A stretch of 64,000 nucleotides of DNA from Comamonas sp. lk (GTDB taxonomy: Bacteria > Pseudomonadota > Gammaproteobacteria > Burkholderiales > Burkholderiaceae_C): the NCBI GenBank assembly GCA_945861345.1, contig CAMATX010000003.1:2782-66781 (forward strand), written 5' to 3'. Shown here piece by piece: positions 31,360-41,117 of this stretch (positions within the stretch are counted from its first letter, which is position 1; every line of letters begins with the position of its first letter). The notes beneath the pieces are model-generated. The model was not told where the DNA came from and did no database searches. It saw nothing but the letters and a program-made list of their open reading frames with translations. Made by a program: the position numbers and the translations under genes.

Positions 31360-32769
31360 TCAAGGCGCACCCAATTGGTAAGGAACCGTGATGGTGACAC
31401 AAGCGCCGCCCGTGCTGGGGCTGCTGGTTTGCAACGAGGCCCGGGCGCCGTACAGCAGTTGCAAGCGCGCACGGATGTTGGACAAGCCAATACCGCTGCC
31501 GGTGGTCCCTGGTGCATCCGGTGTGCCGGGGGCAAAGCCCACGCCGCTGTCTTGCACCTGCACGATGAGCTGGCCATCTTGCACCTCGGCGCGCACGGTG
31601 ATGCTGCCGCCCTCGGCCTTTGGCTCCAAGCCATGGCGGATGGCGTTTTCGACCAGGCTTTGCAACATCATGGGTGGAAAGCGGGCGCTGCACAGGCCTT
31701 GGGGCACTTGCAGATCAAACTGCAGGCGCTCCTCCATGCGCATGCGCATGAGTTCCAGATAGGGCTGCACGACGGCCAGTTCGCGGCCCAGATCGCGCTC
31801 GGCCTGGGCGTTGGCTTCGCGCAGCGTTGGCATGGTGGCGCGCAAAAAGGCGATCAGGCTTTTTTGCATGGTGGCGGCGCGCGGCGGATCGGTCTCGATC
31901 AGGTGCTCAATACCGGCCAGCGTATTGAACAAAAAGTGCGGCTCCATTTGCGCCTGCATGGCGGCCATGCGCGCCTCCATCACCTGGCGCTTGAGGGACT
32001 CGGTTTCGGCCACTTGTGTCGCAGCCGTCGCCACGGCCTCAGCCTGGATGCGGCCGCGGTAGGCGATTTTGAGAATCAAGGAGGCGACGATCAAGAGCAG
32101 GGCCAGATCGGCCAGATCGGGCAGACCGTCGGTGCGATCGCCATCGCCCTCGTCGGCGCCAAAGTGCACAACATCGACTTCCTCGTCTTGCTCAGCGTCT
32201 TGCTTGGTGGTCTGGCCGCCCAGTGCGCGGCGCACGGTCTCTAGGGCCTGCTCGATTTCTTGCTCTGTGGCATTGGGGCCGATTTGTATATCGACAGCGG
32301 GCTGAGCCGCCGAAGCCCCCTGCGCGGCGCTGGCAGGCGCTTGGGACGGCGTGCTAATGCGCACGCCTTTTTCGTCAATCTGCAATTGCGCACCTTGGCC
32401 CTGCGGGTCTTGCGCGCTGATGTGTACACCGGACTCATCGATTTGCACCGACACCTTGCCCTTAGCAGCCGGGCCTGAGGCCTCGGTGGCGGGCGTTGCG
32501 GAGGGAACTTCAGGAGGCGCTACAGGTTTGGTTTTCTTGATCACCACCTCATGGCGGTGGTGGTGCCCCGAATTGCCGCCAAAGATGGAGGCCGTGATTG
32601 CCGCTAAGACCAGCACCAAAATGGAAATCAGAAAAAATCGCCACCAGCTGATACTGACCAGCCAGTTGCCATAGGCATGAAAGTAGCGCACCAAGGCAGC
32701 GCGAACCGCTTGCCATTGGCCGCGTAAGTTGTTATCGCCAGCGGGCGAGGGGCTTCGTGAGCTCGTCAT
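31360..32769 (-). CDS. LytS/YehU-type sensor histidine kinase (His_kinase + HATPase_c) with 2 TM segments and a low-complexity extracytoplasmic loop
   Basis: 469 aa with the PHFLFNTL H-box region and a C-terminal ATPase (GSGIGLSNIRARL). TM segments lie at about aa 42-65 and 218-236. Confidence 0.85.
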   Translation of the reverse strand: MTSSRSPSPAGDNNLRGQWQAVRAALVRYFHAYGNWLVSISWWRFFLISILVLVLAAITASIFGGNSGHHHRHEVVIKKTKPVAPPEVPSATPATEASGPAAKGKVSVQIDESGVHISAQDPQGQGAQLQIDEKGVRISTPSQAPASAAQGASAAQPAVDIQIGPNATEQEIEQALETVRRALGGQTTKQDAEQDEEVDVVHFGADEGDGDRTDGLPDLADLALLLIVASLILKIAYRGRIQAEAVATAATQVAETESLKRQVMEARMAAMQAQMEPHFLFNTLAGIEHLIETDPPRAATMQKSLIAFLRATMPTLREANAQAERDLGRELAVVQPYLELMRMRMEERLQFDLQVPQGLCSARFPPMMLQSLVENAIRHGLEPKAEGGSITVRAEVQDGQLIVQVQDSGVGFAPGTPDAPGTTGSGIGLSNIRARLQLLYGARASLQTSSPSTGGACVTITVPYQLGAP

Positions 32770-32903
32770 TGAAAAATCCTTTATGTTCCGTCATGGCGCA
32801 GGTGAACGCCCGATGGACCGCACTGTAGGTAGGGCCCGGGCCGCCTGCCAGCACTTTGCGACCAAGTGCGCAAAGCGCAGGCCAGACGGCAAAATGCTGA
32901 CGC

Positions 32904-33362
32904 TTATTGGCAGGCGTCCACCCATTGGCCCTGGGTCAGCTCGGCCATGTGCTGCGGGCTGATGCGCAAGGCGCTGTTGACCGAGCCGGCGGCGGGCAGT
33001 ACTTCGTCAAAGGCCTGCAGGCTGCGGTCCAAGTACACCGGCAGCGGCGTGGCCAGGCCAAAAGGGCATACGCCGCCCACGGGGTGGCCGGTCAGGGCTT
33101 CTACTTCGTCAAGGGCCAGCATCTTGCCCTTGCCAAATGCGGCTTTGAACTTGGCGTTGTCGATGCGCGCATCGCCGCGCGCCACCAGCAAAAACACCTT
33201 GCCATCGGCCAGCCGAAAGGCCAGTGTCTTGGCAATGCGCCCGGGCTCCACGCCATGCGCCTGGGCGGCCAGGGCCACGGTGGCGGTGTTCTCCTGCAGC
33301 TCGATGATGGGCATGTCCACCTGGTGCGCCGCAAAAAAGGCGCGAACCGATGCAACTGTCAT
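32904..33362 (-). CDS. YbaK/EbsC-family aminoacyl-tRNA deacylase
   Basis: 152 aa with the motif ...IAKTLAFRLADGKVFLLVARGDARIDNAKFK...TGHPVGGVCPFG. Confidence 0.85.
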   Translation of the reverse strand: MTVASVRAFFAAHQVDMPIIELQENTATVALAAQAHGVEPGRIAKTLAFRLADGKVFLLVARGDARIDNAKFKAAFGKGKMLALDEVEALTGHPVGGVCPFGLATPLPVYLDRSLQAFDEVLPAAGSVNSALRISPQHMAELTQGQWVDACQ

Positions 33363-33377
33363 ATCCGTCCCGCCGCC

Positions 33378-34016
33378 TCAGGTGCCTGCCACGTAAGGAT
33401 TGCGCACCCGCTCCACGCCAAAGCTGCTCTCCGGGCCGTGGCCGGGAATGAACACGGTGTCGTTGCCCATGGGCCACAGGCGCTGGGTGATGCTGTTTAT
33501 CAGGTCAGCATGGTTGCCTTGCGGAAAGTCGGTGCGCCCGATGCTGCCGGCAAAGAGCACGTCGCCGACAAAAGCGCGCTTCATCTCCGCCGAGTAAAAC
33601 ACCACATGGCCGGGGGTGTGGCCGGGGCAGTGGCGCACTTGCAAAACGTGCTCGCCCAGGCTGACGGTGTCGCCGTCCTTGAGCCAGCGCGTGGGCTTGA
33701 AGGGACGGGCGGGTGGAAAGCCGTAGGTCGCCGCGGCCATGGGCAGCCCGTCGATCCAAAACTGGTCTCCCGGGTGCGGGCCGATGATGGGCAGCCCCAG
33801 GCGGTCGGCCAACTCCTGCGTGGCAGCGGCGTGGTCCACATGGGCATGGGTAATCCAGATTTGCTCCAGCGTGACGCCCAGCTTTTGGGCCGTGGCGATG
33901 AGCAAGTCCAGGTCGCCACCAGGGTCAATGATGGCGGCCTGGTGCGTCTGGTCGCACCAGACAATGGAGCAGTTTTGCTCGAACGGGGTTACGGGGACGG
34001 TTTGGTAGTGCAGCAT
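33378..34016 (-). CDS. MBL-fold metallo-hydrolase (glyoxalase II / YcbL-like)
   Basis: Starts MLHYQTVPVTPFEQNCSIVW and has THAHVDHAAA (HxHxDH). The track N-terminal extension to 34127 is unlikely. Confidence 0.85.
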   Translation of the reverse strand: MLHYQTVPVTPFEQNCSIVWCDQTHQAAIIDPGGDLDLLIATAQKLGVTLEQIWITHAHVDHAAATQELADRLGLPIIGPHPGDQFWIDGLPMAAATYGFPPARPFKPTRWLKDGDTVSLGEHVLQVRHCPGHTPGHVVFYSAEMKRAFVGDVLFAGSIGRTDFPQGNHADLINSITQRLWPMGNDTVFIPGHGPESSFGVERVRNPYVAGT

Positions 34017-34237
34017 GGACGGCAGTTTAGTGGGCACCAGTTTAGGAAGGGCTTGCCGATAGCGTTTGGTTTTTTGGGCATAACTTTTGAGAATGGCGTT
34101 TGTGCAAAAAAACCACACAACAACCATAAGTCAGCAAGGCGCCAACAACTCAAGGGTTTACCCGTATAAGAGCCTGTAACTGAATCGTAAACAATCGTTG
34201 GGTTATGTAATTCTTCGGTATTTTTAAGGAGCTTTCA

Positions 34238-37063
34238 ATGAAACGTCATAACCTACACGCCATAGCCGCTGCGGTGGGCTTACTGGTCGCAAGCCAAGCC
34301 ACTTTGGCGCAAACACAGGCGCCCAAAGAGATGGATGCGGTCACCGTTACGGGTATCCGCGCGTCCATCCAAAAATCTATCGAGGCCAAGCGCAACGCCG
34401 ACACCAATGTGGAAGTGGTGTCCGCCGAAGACGTGGGCAAGATGCCCGATAAAAATATTGCCGACGCACTCTCGCGCCTGTCCGGCGTCAATGTGCAATA
34501 CGGTGGGGCCAACGCCATGGACGAGGCCGAGCGAGTCTCCATCCGTGGCACCTCGCCCAACCTGAACCTCATTACCGTCAATGGCCACGCCTTGTCTTCG
34601 GGCGACTGGCATGTGGGTGACCAGCAGGCGGCCAACTCGGTGAGCAGCCGCAGCGTGGGTTTTGGCCTGCTGCCTTCGCAGCTGATTGGCCAGTCGGTGG
34701 TCTACAAAACACAGCGTGCCGATCTGACCGAAGGCGGCTTGGCCGGCAGCGTGGATGTGAGCTTGCGCAAACCTCTGGATTTCGCCAAGCACCTCAACGC
34801 TGAAGTGTCCTTGGGCGCCGTCTACAGCGACCTGCCCGGAAAAACCGACCCGCAAGCCAGCGGCATTTTGGCCTGGAAGAGCGACGACAAAACCCTGGGC
34901 CTGATGGTGCAAGGCTTCAAAGAAGACCGCACCTTGCGCCGGGACGGTATGGAAACGCTGGGCTACACCGGCGGACTGACCGCCGCCCAAGTGGGCACGC
35001 AAACCAATCTCATCGGGCTGCGCATGCCCAACACCCTGAACGCCACCCTGTTTGAGGGCGACCGTAAACGCACTGGCGGCTATGCCGCGCTGCAGTTCAA
35101 ACCCAATGCGGATTTGGACGCCACTGTCAGCATTTTCAACTCGAAAATGACAGCGCAAAACTACAACAGCTCGGCCTACTCGATTGCAGCGAACTTGCTT
35201 AACAACGGCTGGCAAATTCAAAATGCGGTGGTCAGCGGCGACACAGTGGTCAGCGGCAAGCTGGTGCGCCCGGCCAATGCACCTGCGAGCCAACAAATTG
35301 TCGGTATGCAGTTTGAACACTTTTTGCGCGATGGCGCCAGCGCTGAGGCCAACTTCAAAGACCTGGATCTGAAATACCGGGTCAGTGAAAAACTCAAAAG
35401 CCGCGTGCGCATAGGGTCGACCGATGGTGCAGGAACCACGACCTCGCAGCCCAGCATTTACACCGTGTTGATCAACCCCAATATGAGCTGGAACGTCACG
35501 TCCGGTCGGCCCGCCGATTGGCAAATGCTGGACTCGGTTACCGGCAAACCGCTGGCCCTGAGCGACATGAAGAATTGGCAGTACCTGATGGGTGCGGGCG
35601 CAGCCGTCTATGCCAAAGACAAAGAAGACTACCTGCATCTGGATGGCGACTACGAAGTGGGCGCCAGCTGGCTCAGCACCCTCAAGTTTGGCTTGCGCAG
35701 CTCCAAGCATGAGCGCACGGTGGACAATATCGCGGCCCGTTATTACGTGCAGGACGACGCCAACGGCAACCCCATCACGACGCCCGCCTCCTATGGCACG
35801 GTGGTTACCGGCGGCACCTTGCTGCCTTTCCCGCTGCCCACGCCTCCGTCGCTCTATCCCAGCAACTATGGCAACGCACTCGATGCCAACTACCCGCGTG
35901 ATGCATTTCGCTTTGATGTCTCTCAGTTGACGGCTTTTGCCAACAAATACATCTACTGGGACCCAGTCAAAGGTAAAAACTGGGGCGCCACCTACGGCCT
36001 GACCGAGAAGAACAACGCCGCCTATGTGATGGGTGAGTTCGAAAATGGGCCGGTCTCTGGCAACTTTGGCTTGCGCTATGCGCAAACCCAGGTGGACACC
36101 GTGGCCTACCAATTGCTGGCCAACGGCACCGCTGCCGGGCAGTGCGTGCCTATGCAGCCTTGCTCGGTGCCCGGCGCTATCGTGGGTTCCCGCCAGGGCA
36201 CCTATGTCCCTCAGGCCACCACCATCACGCATACCAACGTGCTGCCAAGCCTGAACCTGCGCTGGGACCTGGACCAAAGCTTGATTGGCCGCTTTGCCTT
36301 GAGCCGCTCGATGGGCCGACCCAACTACAACGAAATGGCAGCCGCCGTCAGTTTGGACAATATCCGTGGCACGGGTACCACCGGAAACCCCTACCTCAAG
36401 CCGATCATGTCGACCAATATCGATGCGTCCTTGGCTTGGTATTTCGCGCCCCGCGCCTATGTATCGGGCGGCGTGTTCAAAGCCGACTTGCAAAACTATG
36501 TGAAGCCGCGGACATCAACACTGTCCTTCCTGGATACCAATACCGGCCTGATGCGCGACTATCTGGTGTCAACACGTAACGGTGTTGACGCCAGCCTCAA
36601 TGGCTTTGAACTGGCAGCCGAAATTCCGGTGGGCGCCGGATTTGGTGTAGGCGGAAATTACACCTACGTCAATACCAATGACGCCGACAGCCAACCCATG
36701 ATGGGCGCGTCGAAAAATACCTATAACGTGGTGGCCTTCTACGAAAACAACGACTTTAGCGCACGGGTAGGCTGGAATTTCCGAGATGACTACGCCTACA
36801 ACATCATCGGAAACGGATCGGGCATTCCCACCAAAGATGCGGCTGGCAATATCACCGTCTACAACGGCTTGCATTATTGGAAAGGCTATGGCGCCTTGTC
36901 GCTGTCTTTGGGCTACAAAATCAGCAAGGACATCAGCATTACCTTGGATGGTAATAACCTGAATAATCCCGTGCGTCACACTTACCAGCTCAACGAAAAT
37001 GCGCCAACCAATTGGTATGTGAGTGGTGCGCAGTATTATTTGAACTTGCGTATGAAGTTGTAA
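34238..37063 (+). CDS. TonB-dependent outer-membrane receptor
   Basis: 941 aa with a signal peptide (ASQATLAQ), a plug domain (VTGIRASIQKS...VSAEDVGKMPDKNIADALSRLSGVNV) and a C-terminal barrel ending in an aromatic-rich beta strand. Confidence 0.92.
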   Translation: MKRHNLHAIAAAVGLLVASQATLAQTQAPKEMDAVTVTGIRASIQKSIEAKRNADTNVEVVSAEDVGKMPDKNIADALSRLSGVNVQYGGANAMDEAERVSIRGTSPNLNLITVNGHALSSGDWHVGDQQAANSVSSRSVGFGLLPSQLIGQSVVYKTQRADLTEGGLAGSVDVSLRKPLDFAKHLNAEVSLGAVYSDLPGKTDPQASGILAWKSDDKTLGLMVQGFKEDRTLRRDGMETLGYTGGLTAAQVGTQTNLIGLRMPNTLNATLFEGDRKRTGGYAALQFKPNADLDATVSIFNSKMTAQNYNSSAYSIAANLLNNGWQIQNAVVSGDTVVSGKLVRPANAPASQQIVGMQFEHFLRDGASAEANFKDLDLKYRVSEKLKSRVRIGSTDGAGTTTSQPSIYTVLINPNMSWNVTSGRPADWQMLDSVTGKPLALSDMKNWQYLMGAGAAVYAKDKEDYLHLDGDYEVGASWLSTLKFGLRSSKHERTVDNIAARYYVQDDANGNPITTPASYGTVVTGGTLLPFPLPTPPSLYPSNYGNALDANYPRDAFRFDVSQLTAFANKYIYWDPVKGKNWGATYGLTEKNNAAYVMGEFENGPVSGNFGLRYAQTQVDTVAYQLLANGTAAGQCVPMQPCSVPGAIVGSRQGTYVPQATTITHTNVLPSLNLRWDLDQSLIGRFALSRSMGRPNYNEMAAAVSLDNIRGTGTTGNPYLKPIMSTNIDASLAWYFAPRAYVSGGVFKADLQNYVKPRTSTLSFLDTNTGLMRDYLVSTRNGVDASLNGFELAAEIPVGAGFGVGGNYTYVNTNDADSQPMMGASKNTYNVVAFYENNDFSARVGWNFRDDYAYNIIGNGSGIPTKDAAGNITVYNGLHYWKGYGALSLSLGYKISKDISITLDGNNLNNPVRHTYQLNENAPTNWYVSGAQYYLNLRMKL

Positions 37064-37083
37064 TTCAACCCTGCTTAGTTTTG

Positions 37084-37115
37084 ACGGGCCATCCATTGCG
37101 GATGGCCCGTTTTTT
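37084..37115 (+). terminator. Intrinsic terminator (ACGGGCCATCC-attgc-GGATGGCCCGT + TTTTT)
   Basis: Perfect 11-bp stem followed by a T-run, immediately after the receptor gene. Confidence 0.78.
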
Positions 37116-38426
37116 ATGGGCTTTCTAATGCTGTCTGCAATCAGGAAATTTGGCCTAGCCTGGGGTGTTTCTGCGGGCTGTGTTTTTTTCAGTGCCACTG
37201 CGTTCGCGGCGGACGGCGCTGGCCTGGATGCTGAAAAGGCGGCCGCTATAAAAACCTATTTGCAAACACAGGTTGACCAAGGTTTCCCCGGCGGACAACT
37301 GGTGGTTATGCGCGCTGGGCGGGTGGTGCTGGAGCACGCGTTTGGTTATATCCGTCTATGGGATGACAAGGCCCGCGTGGGCAATCCTCGCCCCACGGAC
37401 GGCGATGTTTTGTACGACCTGGCCAGCAATACCAAGATATATGCGACGGTGCTGTCTTTAATGCATTTGATATACCAAGGCAAGATAAATATTGACGATC
37501 CGGTGAGCAAATACATGGACGGGTTTGCCGATGAAGCAGGCGCTAAGATCATCGGCAAACACCGCATCACGCTGCGCGATCTGCTGGCACACAAGGCCGG
37601 ATTTGCATCCGACCCACGGTATTTTGATCCCGAAGATCCCCGTATCGGAAAAAGACTGTATTCGCAAGAACGCGCGCTGACCTTGCAAAAACTAGCCCTC
37701 ACACCATTGGTATATCCGCCAGGAGCGCAGCACCGATACAGCGATGTGGACTTTATGTTGCTTGGGGCGATTATTGAAAAGGTCACCGCGCAGCGGCTCG
37801 ATGATTATGTGCAAGCCACCTTTTTCCGCCCGCTGGGTTTGAAACACATCGTATTCAATCCTCTTTCCAAAGGTTTTTCCAAAAACCAAATCGCCGCGAC
37901 CGAATTACTGGGCAATACCCGCGATGGGGTATTTCATTTTCCCAATATCCGGCAACACACCATCCAAGGCGAAGTGCATGATGAAAAGGCGTTTTATTCC
38001 ATGGGCGGCGTGTCGGGCCACGCAGGGCTGTTCGGCCCGGCCAAGGAAGTTGCCGTATTGGCCCAGCTATTTCTATCGGGCGGCAGTTTGGGCGATAAGC
38101 GGTTTTTTTCTAGCGAAGAGGTCAACCTCTTCACCACGCCCGAAAAGGCCGACGCAAGCTTTGGCTTGGGCTGGCGGCTCAATCAGGCCTCGCGTCTGCC
38201 CTGGTTTTCGTCGCTGGCTTCGCCCAAAGCGTTTGGGCACACTGGGTGGACGGGCGTGGTCACCGTCATCGATCCGCAGTTTGACCTGGTCATTGTTTTG
38301 CTGACCAACAAAAAGCATTCGCCGGTGCTCAAGCCCACTGAAAATCCCGATCGTTTTGTTGCTGACACCCTGCCGCTTGGCGCTTACGCGCCGCTTGTGC
38401 AGATGGTTTACGAGGCTTTGGAATAA
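37116..38426 (+). CDS. Secreted serine hydrolase of the beta-lactamase/transpeptidase-like family
   Basis: 436 aa with a signal peptide (SATAFAADG) and the SxxK motif in LYDLASNTKIYATV. The start is 37116 or 37128. Confidence 0.85.
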   Translation: MGFLMLSAIRKFGLAWGVSAGCVFFSATAFAADGAGLDAEKAAAIKTYLQTQVDQGFPGGQLVVMRAGRVVLEHAFGYIRLWDDKARVGNPRPTDGDVLYDLASNTKIYATVLSLMHLIYQGKINIDDPVSKYMDGFADEAGAKIIGKHRITLRDLLAHKAGFASDPRYFDPEDPRIGKRLYSQERALTLQKLALTPLVYPPGAQHRYSDVDFMLLGAIIEKVTAQRLDDYVQATFFRPLGLKHIVFNPLSKGFSKNQIAATELLGNTRDGVFHFPNIRQHTIQGEVHDEKAFYSMGGVSGHAGLFGPAKEVAVLAQLFLSGGSLGDKRFFSSEEVNLFTTPEKADASFGLGWRLNQASRLPWFSSLASPKAFGHTGWTGVVTVIDPQFDLVIVLLTNKKHSPVLKPTENPDRFVADTLPLGAYAPLVQMVYEALE

Positions 38427-38481
38427 ACGGCTTGGCCAGACTTGACCTGCGTCAAGCCCGTGCCATGCGCGCGGCCCAACA

Positions 38482-39780
38482 ATGCGGACCATGGATTTCT
38501 CTACTTCCGAGCGGGCCACGCGTTGGCTGGGCAAAGCCCAGGTGTTTTTTGAGCGCTTTTTGCTTCCCCACAACGCCCCCTGGCACCACAGCGTTGCCCA
38601 AGGGATTTATCCGCCGCCGTTTCTAGCGGACCTCAAGGCGATGGCCAAGGAGGAGGGCTTGTGGAACCTATGCCTGCCCCAATTGCCAACCGACGCACCA
38701 GGTACACGCTTATCGCACCAAGAGTACGCGCCGATTGCAGAATTGCTCGGGCGCCTGCCTTGGGCCTCGGAGGATTTTAACTGCCATGCACCCGACAGTG
38801 GCAATATGGAGTTGCTGCTGCACTATGCCTCGCCAGCCCAAGCAGCCCAGTGGCTGCAGCCCCTGCTGCACGGGCAGATGCGCTCGGCCTTCGCCATGAG
38901 CGAGCCCGACGCCGCCTCCTCGGACCCGACCAATTTACAAACCACCTTGCGCCGCGAAGGAGATACCTTGGTGCTCAGCGGGCGCAAATGGTTTATCACC
39001 GGCGCGGCCCACCCCGACTGTCGCCTGCTGATCGTGATGTGCCGCGACGCCGATGTCCAAGCCGATGACTGCGCGCGCCACCAGCAGCACAGCCTGGTGC
39101 TGGTGCCTATGGACACGCCAGGGCTGCAGGTGCTGCGCAACATCTCCATGTTGCACCATGTGGCGCCCGAGGGGCATTGCGAAATTTTGTTGCAGCAAGT
39201 GCACCTTCCCCTGCGCGCGCTGCTGGGCCAGGCGGGTGCGGCTTTTGGTATGGCGCAGGTACGCTTGGGGCCAGGTCGCATTCACCACGGCATGCGCAGT
39301 ATCGGCCAATGCGAGCTGGCGCTGGCGCTGGCCTGCGAGCGCGCCCGCGAGCGGCACAGCTTTGGCCACCCGCTGGCCGATTACGCCAATGTGCAAGACT
39401 GGATCGCGCACTCGCGCATCGCCATCGACCAGGCGCGCCTGCTGCTACTGCAAACGGCCTGGCGCCTGGACAAGGGCCAGGGCGATGCCGGGCAACTGCG
39501 CAGCGATATCGCAGCGGTCAAGGTCGTAATTGCGCAGCTGCAGACCCAGGTGCTGGACAGGGTGATTCAGATCTTTGGCGCGATGGGCATGTCGCCGGAC
39601 ACACCCTTGGCCTATTTCTGGTCCTGGGGGCGTGCGCTGCACCTGATGGACGGCCCCGACGAGGTGCATTTGCGCACTGTGGCACGCCATGCGCTGGCCC
39701 AATCGCGCACGTGCAGCGGCGCGCTGGCCGCCTATTTCACCACCCCCGAGCAACTGCGCAGCCCACCGCGCATGTATTAA
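38482..39780 (+). CDS. Acyl-CoA dehydrogenase family protein
   Basis: 432 aa with ACAD N, middle and C domain sequence (FAMSEPDAASSDPTNLQT...RKWFITGA...IFGAMG). Confidence 0.88.
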   Translation: MRTMDFSTSERATRWLGKAQVFFERFLLPHNAPWHHSVAQGIYPPPFLADLKAMAKEEGLWNLCLPQLPTDAPGTRLSHQEYAPIAELLGRLPWASEDFNCHAPDSGNMELLLHYASPAQAAQWLQPLLHGQMRSAFAMSEPDAASSDPTNLQTTLRREGDTLVLSGRKWFITGAAHPDCRLLIVMCRDADVQADDCARHQQHSLVLVPMDTPGLQVLRNISMLHHVAPEGHCEILLQQVHLPLRALLGQAGAAFGMAQVRLGPGRIHHGMRSIGQCELALALACERARERHSFGHPLADYANVQDWIAHSRIAIDQARLLLLQTAWRLDKGQGDAGQLRSDIAAVKVVIAQLQTQVLDRVIQIFGAMGMSPDTPLAYFWSWGRALHLMDGPDEVHLRTVARHALAQSRTCSGALAAYFTTPEQLRSPPRMY

Positions 39781-39813
39781 GGCAGGTACATCGGCAAGGC
39801 ACAATCGGGCGCC

Positions 39814-41010
39814 ATGCCGACCCGCCCTACTGTTGAATCCTTTGCCCGCATTGGTGGGCTAGAAGCTTTGTGCAGGGGTTGCACGCTGTCGGTGTTTCCG
39901 CTGTTGATGTACCGCGCCTGGGGCAACGCCCAAGCGGTCTCGCAAATCTATTTTGCGGTGGGTCTGATCTCGCTGGCGACCGCTTTAATGGTGCCCTCGA
40001 TTACCCGTTTGCTCTCGCGCAGAAAAGTGTATTTGCTGGCCACGGCGCTCTACACCCTGGCCGCTGGCTTTGGCATGTTGCAGGGCAAATGGACCACGGT
40101 GGCGCTGCTCTTGGCCGTCACCGCGGCGGCTATTTCCTTTGTCTGCTTTAACAGCTTTGTGCTGGAGCACATCGACAAATCGGCCTTTAGCCGCCTGGAA
40201 ACCCAGCGCCTGCTCTACGGCGGCTGGGGATGGGTGATCGGGCCGGTGCTGGGGGTATGGCTGCTTTCGGTATCGGGCGAGGCGCCTTTTGTCTTGCTAG
40301 GCATGGCGTCGGTCGCGATGTGGGTGCTGATCGCCCGCACGCCTTTGGGCGAAGGCCGGGTGCTGGCGGCGGCGGACGGTGGCGTGCGGCGCACCCACCC
40401 CTGGGCTTTGCTGCACCGTTTTTTTACGCAACCGCGCCTGGTTCTGGGCTGGCTCATTCCGCTGGTGCGCTCCTGCGGCTGGTGGATTTACTTTGTCTAT
40501 GTGGGCATTTTTGCACTGGAAAACGGCTTAGGTGAGCAGGTAGGCGGCATGGCCAGTTCGATCGCCAACCTCGGCCTGTTTTGCACGCCGCTGATGTTGC
40601 GCTGGATGCGCAAGCGCTCGGTGCGCCAAGCCGTGCGGGTGGGCTGCCTAGGCGCTGCACTGTGCTACCTGGCCGCGACCGGTTTGGCGCACTGGCCCTG
40701 GGCAACGGTGGCCAGTTTGCTCGTAGGGACGTTTTTCTTGGTGCTGCTGGACGCTTGCGGCGCCTTGCCATTCATGATGGCCGTTAAACCGTCGGAGCGC
40801 ACCGAAATGTCGGCGGTCTATTCCAGCTTTCGGGATGTTTCAGGGATTGTTTCGCCCGGCCTGGCCTGGTTGGTGTTGCAATTGGCGCCCGTGCCGGCGA
40901 TTTTCGCGGTAGGCGCATGTGCGCTTTTGGTCGTCGGGCATTTAGCCGGGCGTTTGCATCCGGACTTGGGCGTACCAGGGGCCGAGCGAAGGCGCCGCAC
41001 TGCGGCTTAG
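39814..41010 (+). CDS. MFS transporter
   Basis: 398 aa with about 12 hydrophobic spans. Confidence 0.8.
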   Translation: MPTRPTVESFARIGGLEALCRGCTLSVFPLLMYRAWGNAQAVSQIYFAVGLISLATALMVPSITRLLSRRKVYLLATALYTLAAGFGMLQGKWTTVALLLAVTAAAISFVCFNSFVLEHIDKSAFSRLETQRLLYGGWGWVIGPVLGVWLLSVSGEAPFVLLGMASVAMWVLIARTPLGEGRVLAAADGGVRRTHPWALLHRFFTQPRLVLGWLIPLVRSCGWWIYFVYVGIFALENGLGEQVGGMASSIANLGLFCTPLMLRWMRKRSVRQAVRVGCLGAALCYLAATGLAHWPWATVASLLVGTFFLVLLDACGALPFMMAVKPSERTEMSAVYSSFRDVSGIVSPGLAWLVLQLAPVPAIFAVGACALLVVGHLAGRLHPDLGVPGAERRRRTAA

Positions 41011-41117
41011 CCGTCCCAATGCGGCCCTTCCCTGCGGGAAAACACCAAGCACAGGAAGTCATCTCGCATTTAAAATACATAATTATTTGTGTTTTGGCAA
41101 ATAATAGAGGTGGCCAG

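Noticed and set aside
34128-34237. Cobalamin riboswitch or Fur box upstream of the TonB-dependent receptor.
   Set aside because: There is no B12-box-like GCCACTG core and no GATAATGATAATCATTATC-like sequence. I saw only a short AATCGT direct repeat.
34280-36493. 737-aa minus-strand ORF inside the TonB-dependent receptor gene.
   Set aside because: It is an antisense shadow ORF. The plus-strand product has a signal peptide, plug and barrel features, whereas the minus-strand product is low-complexity.
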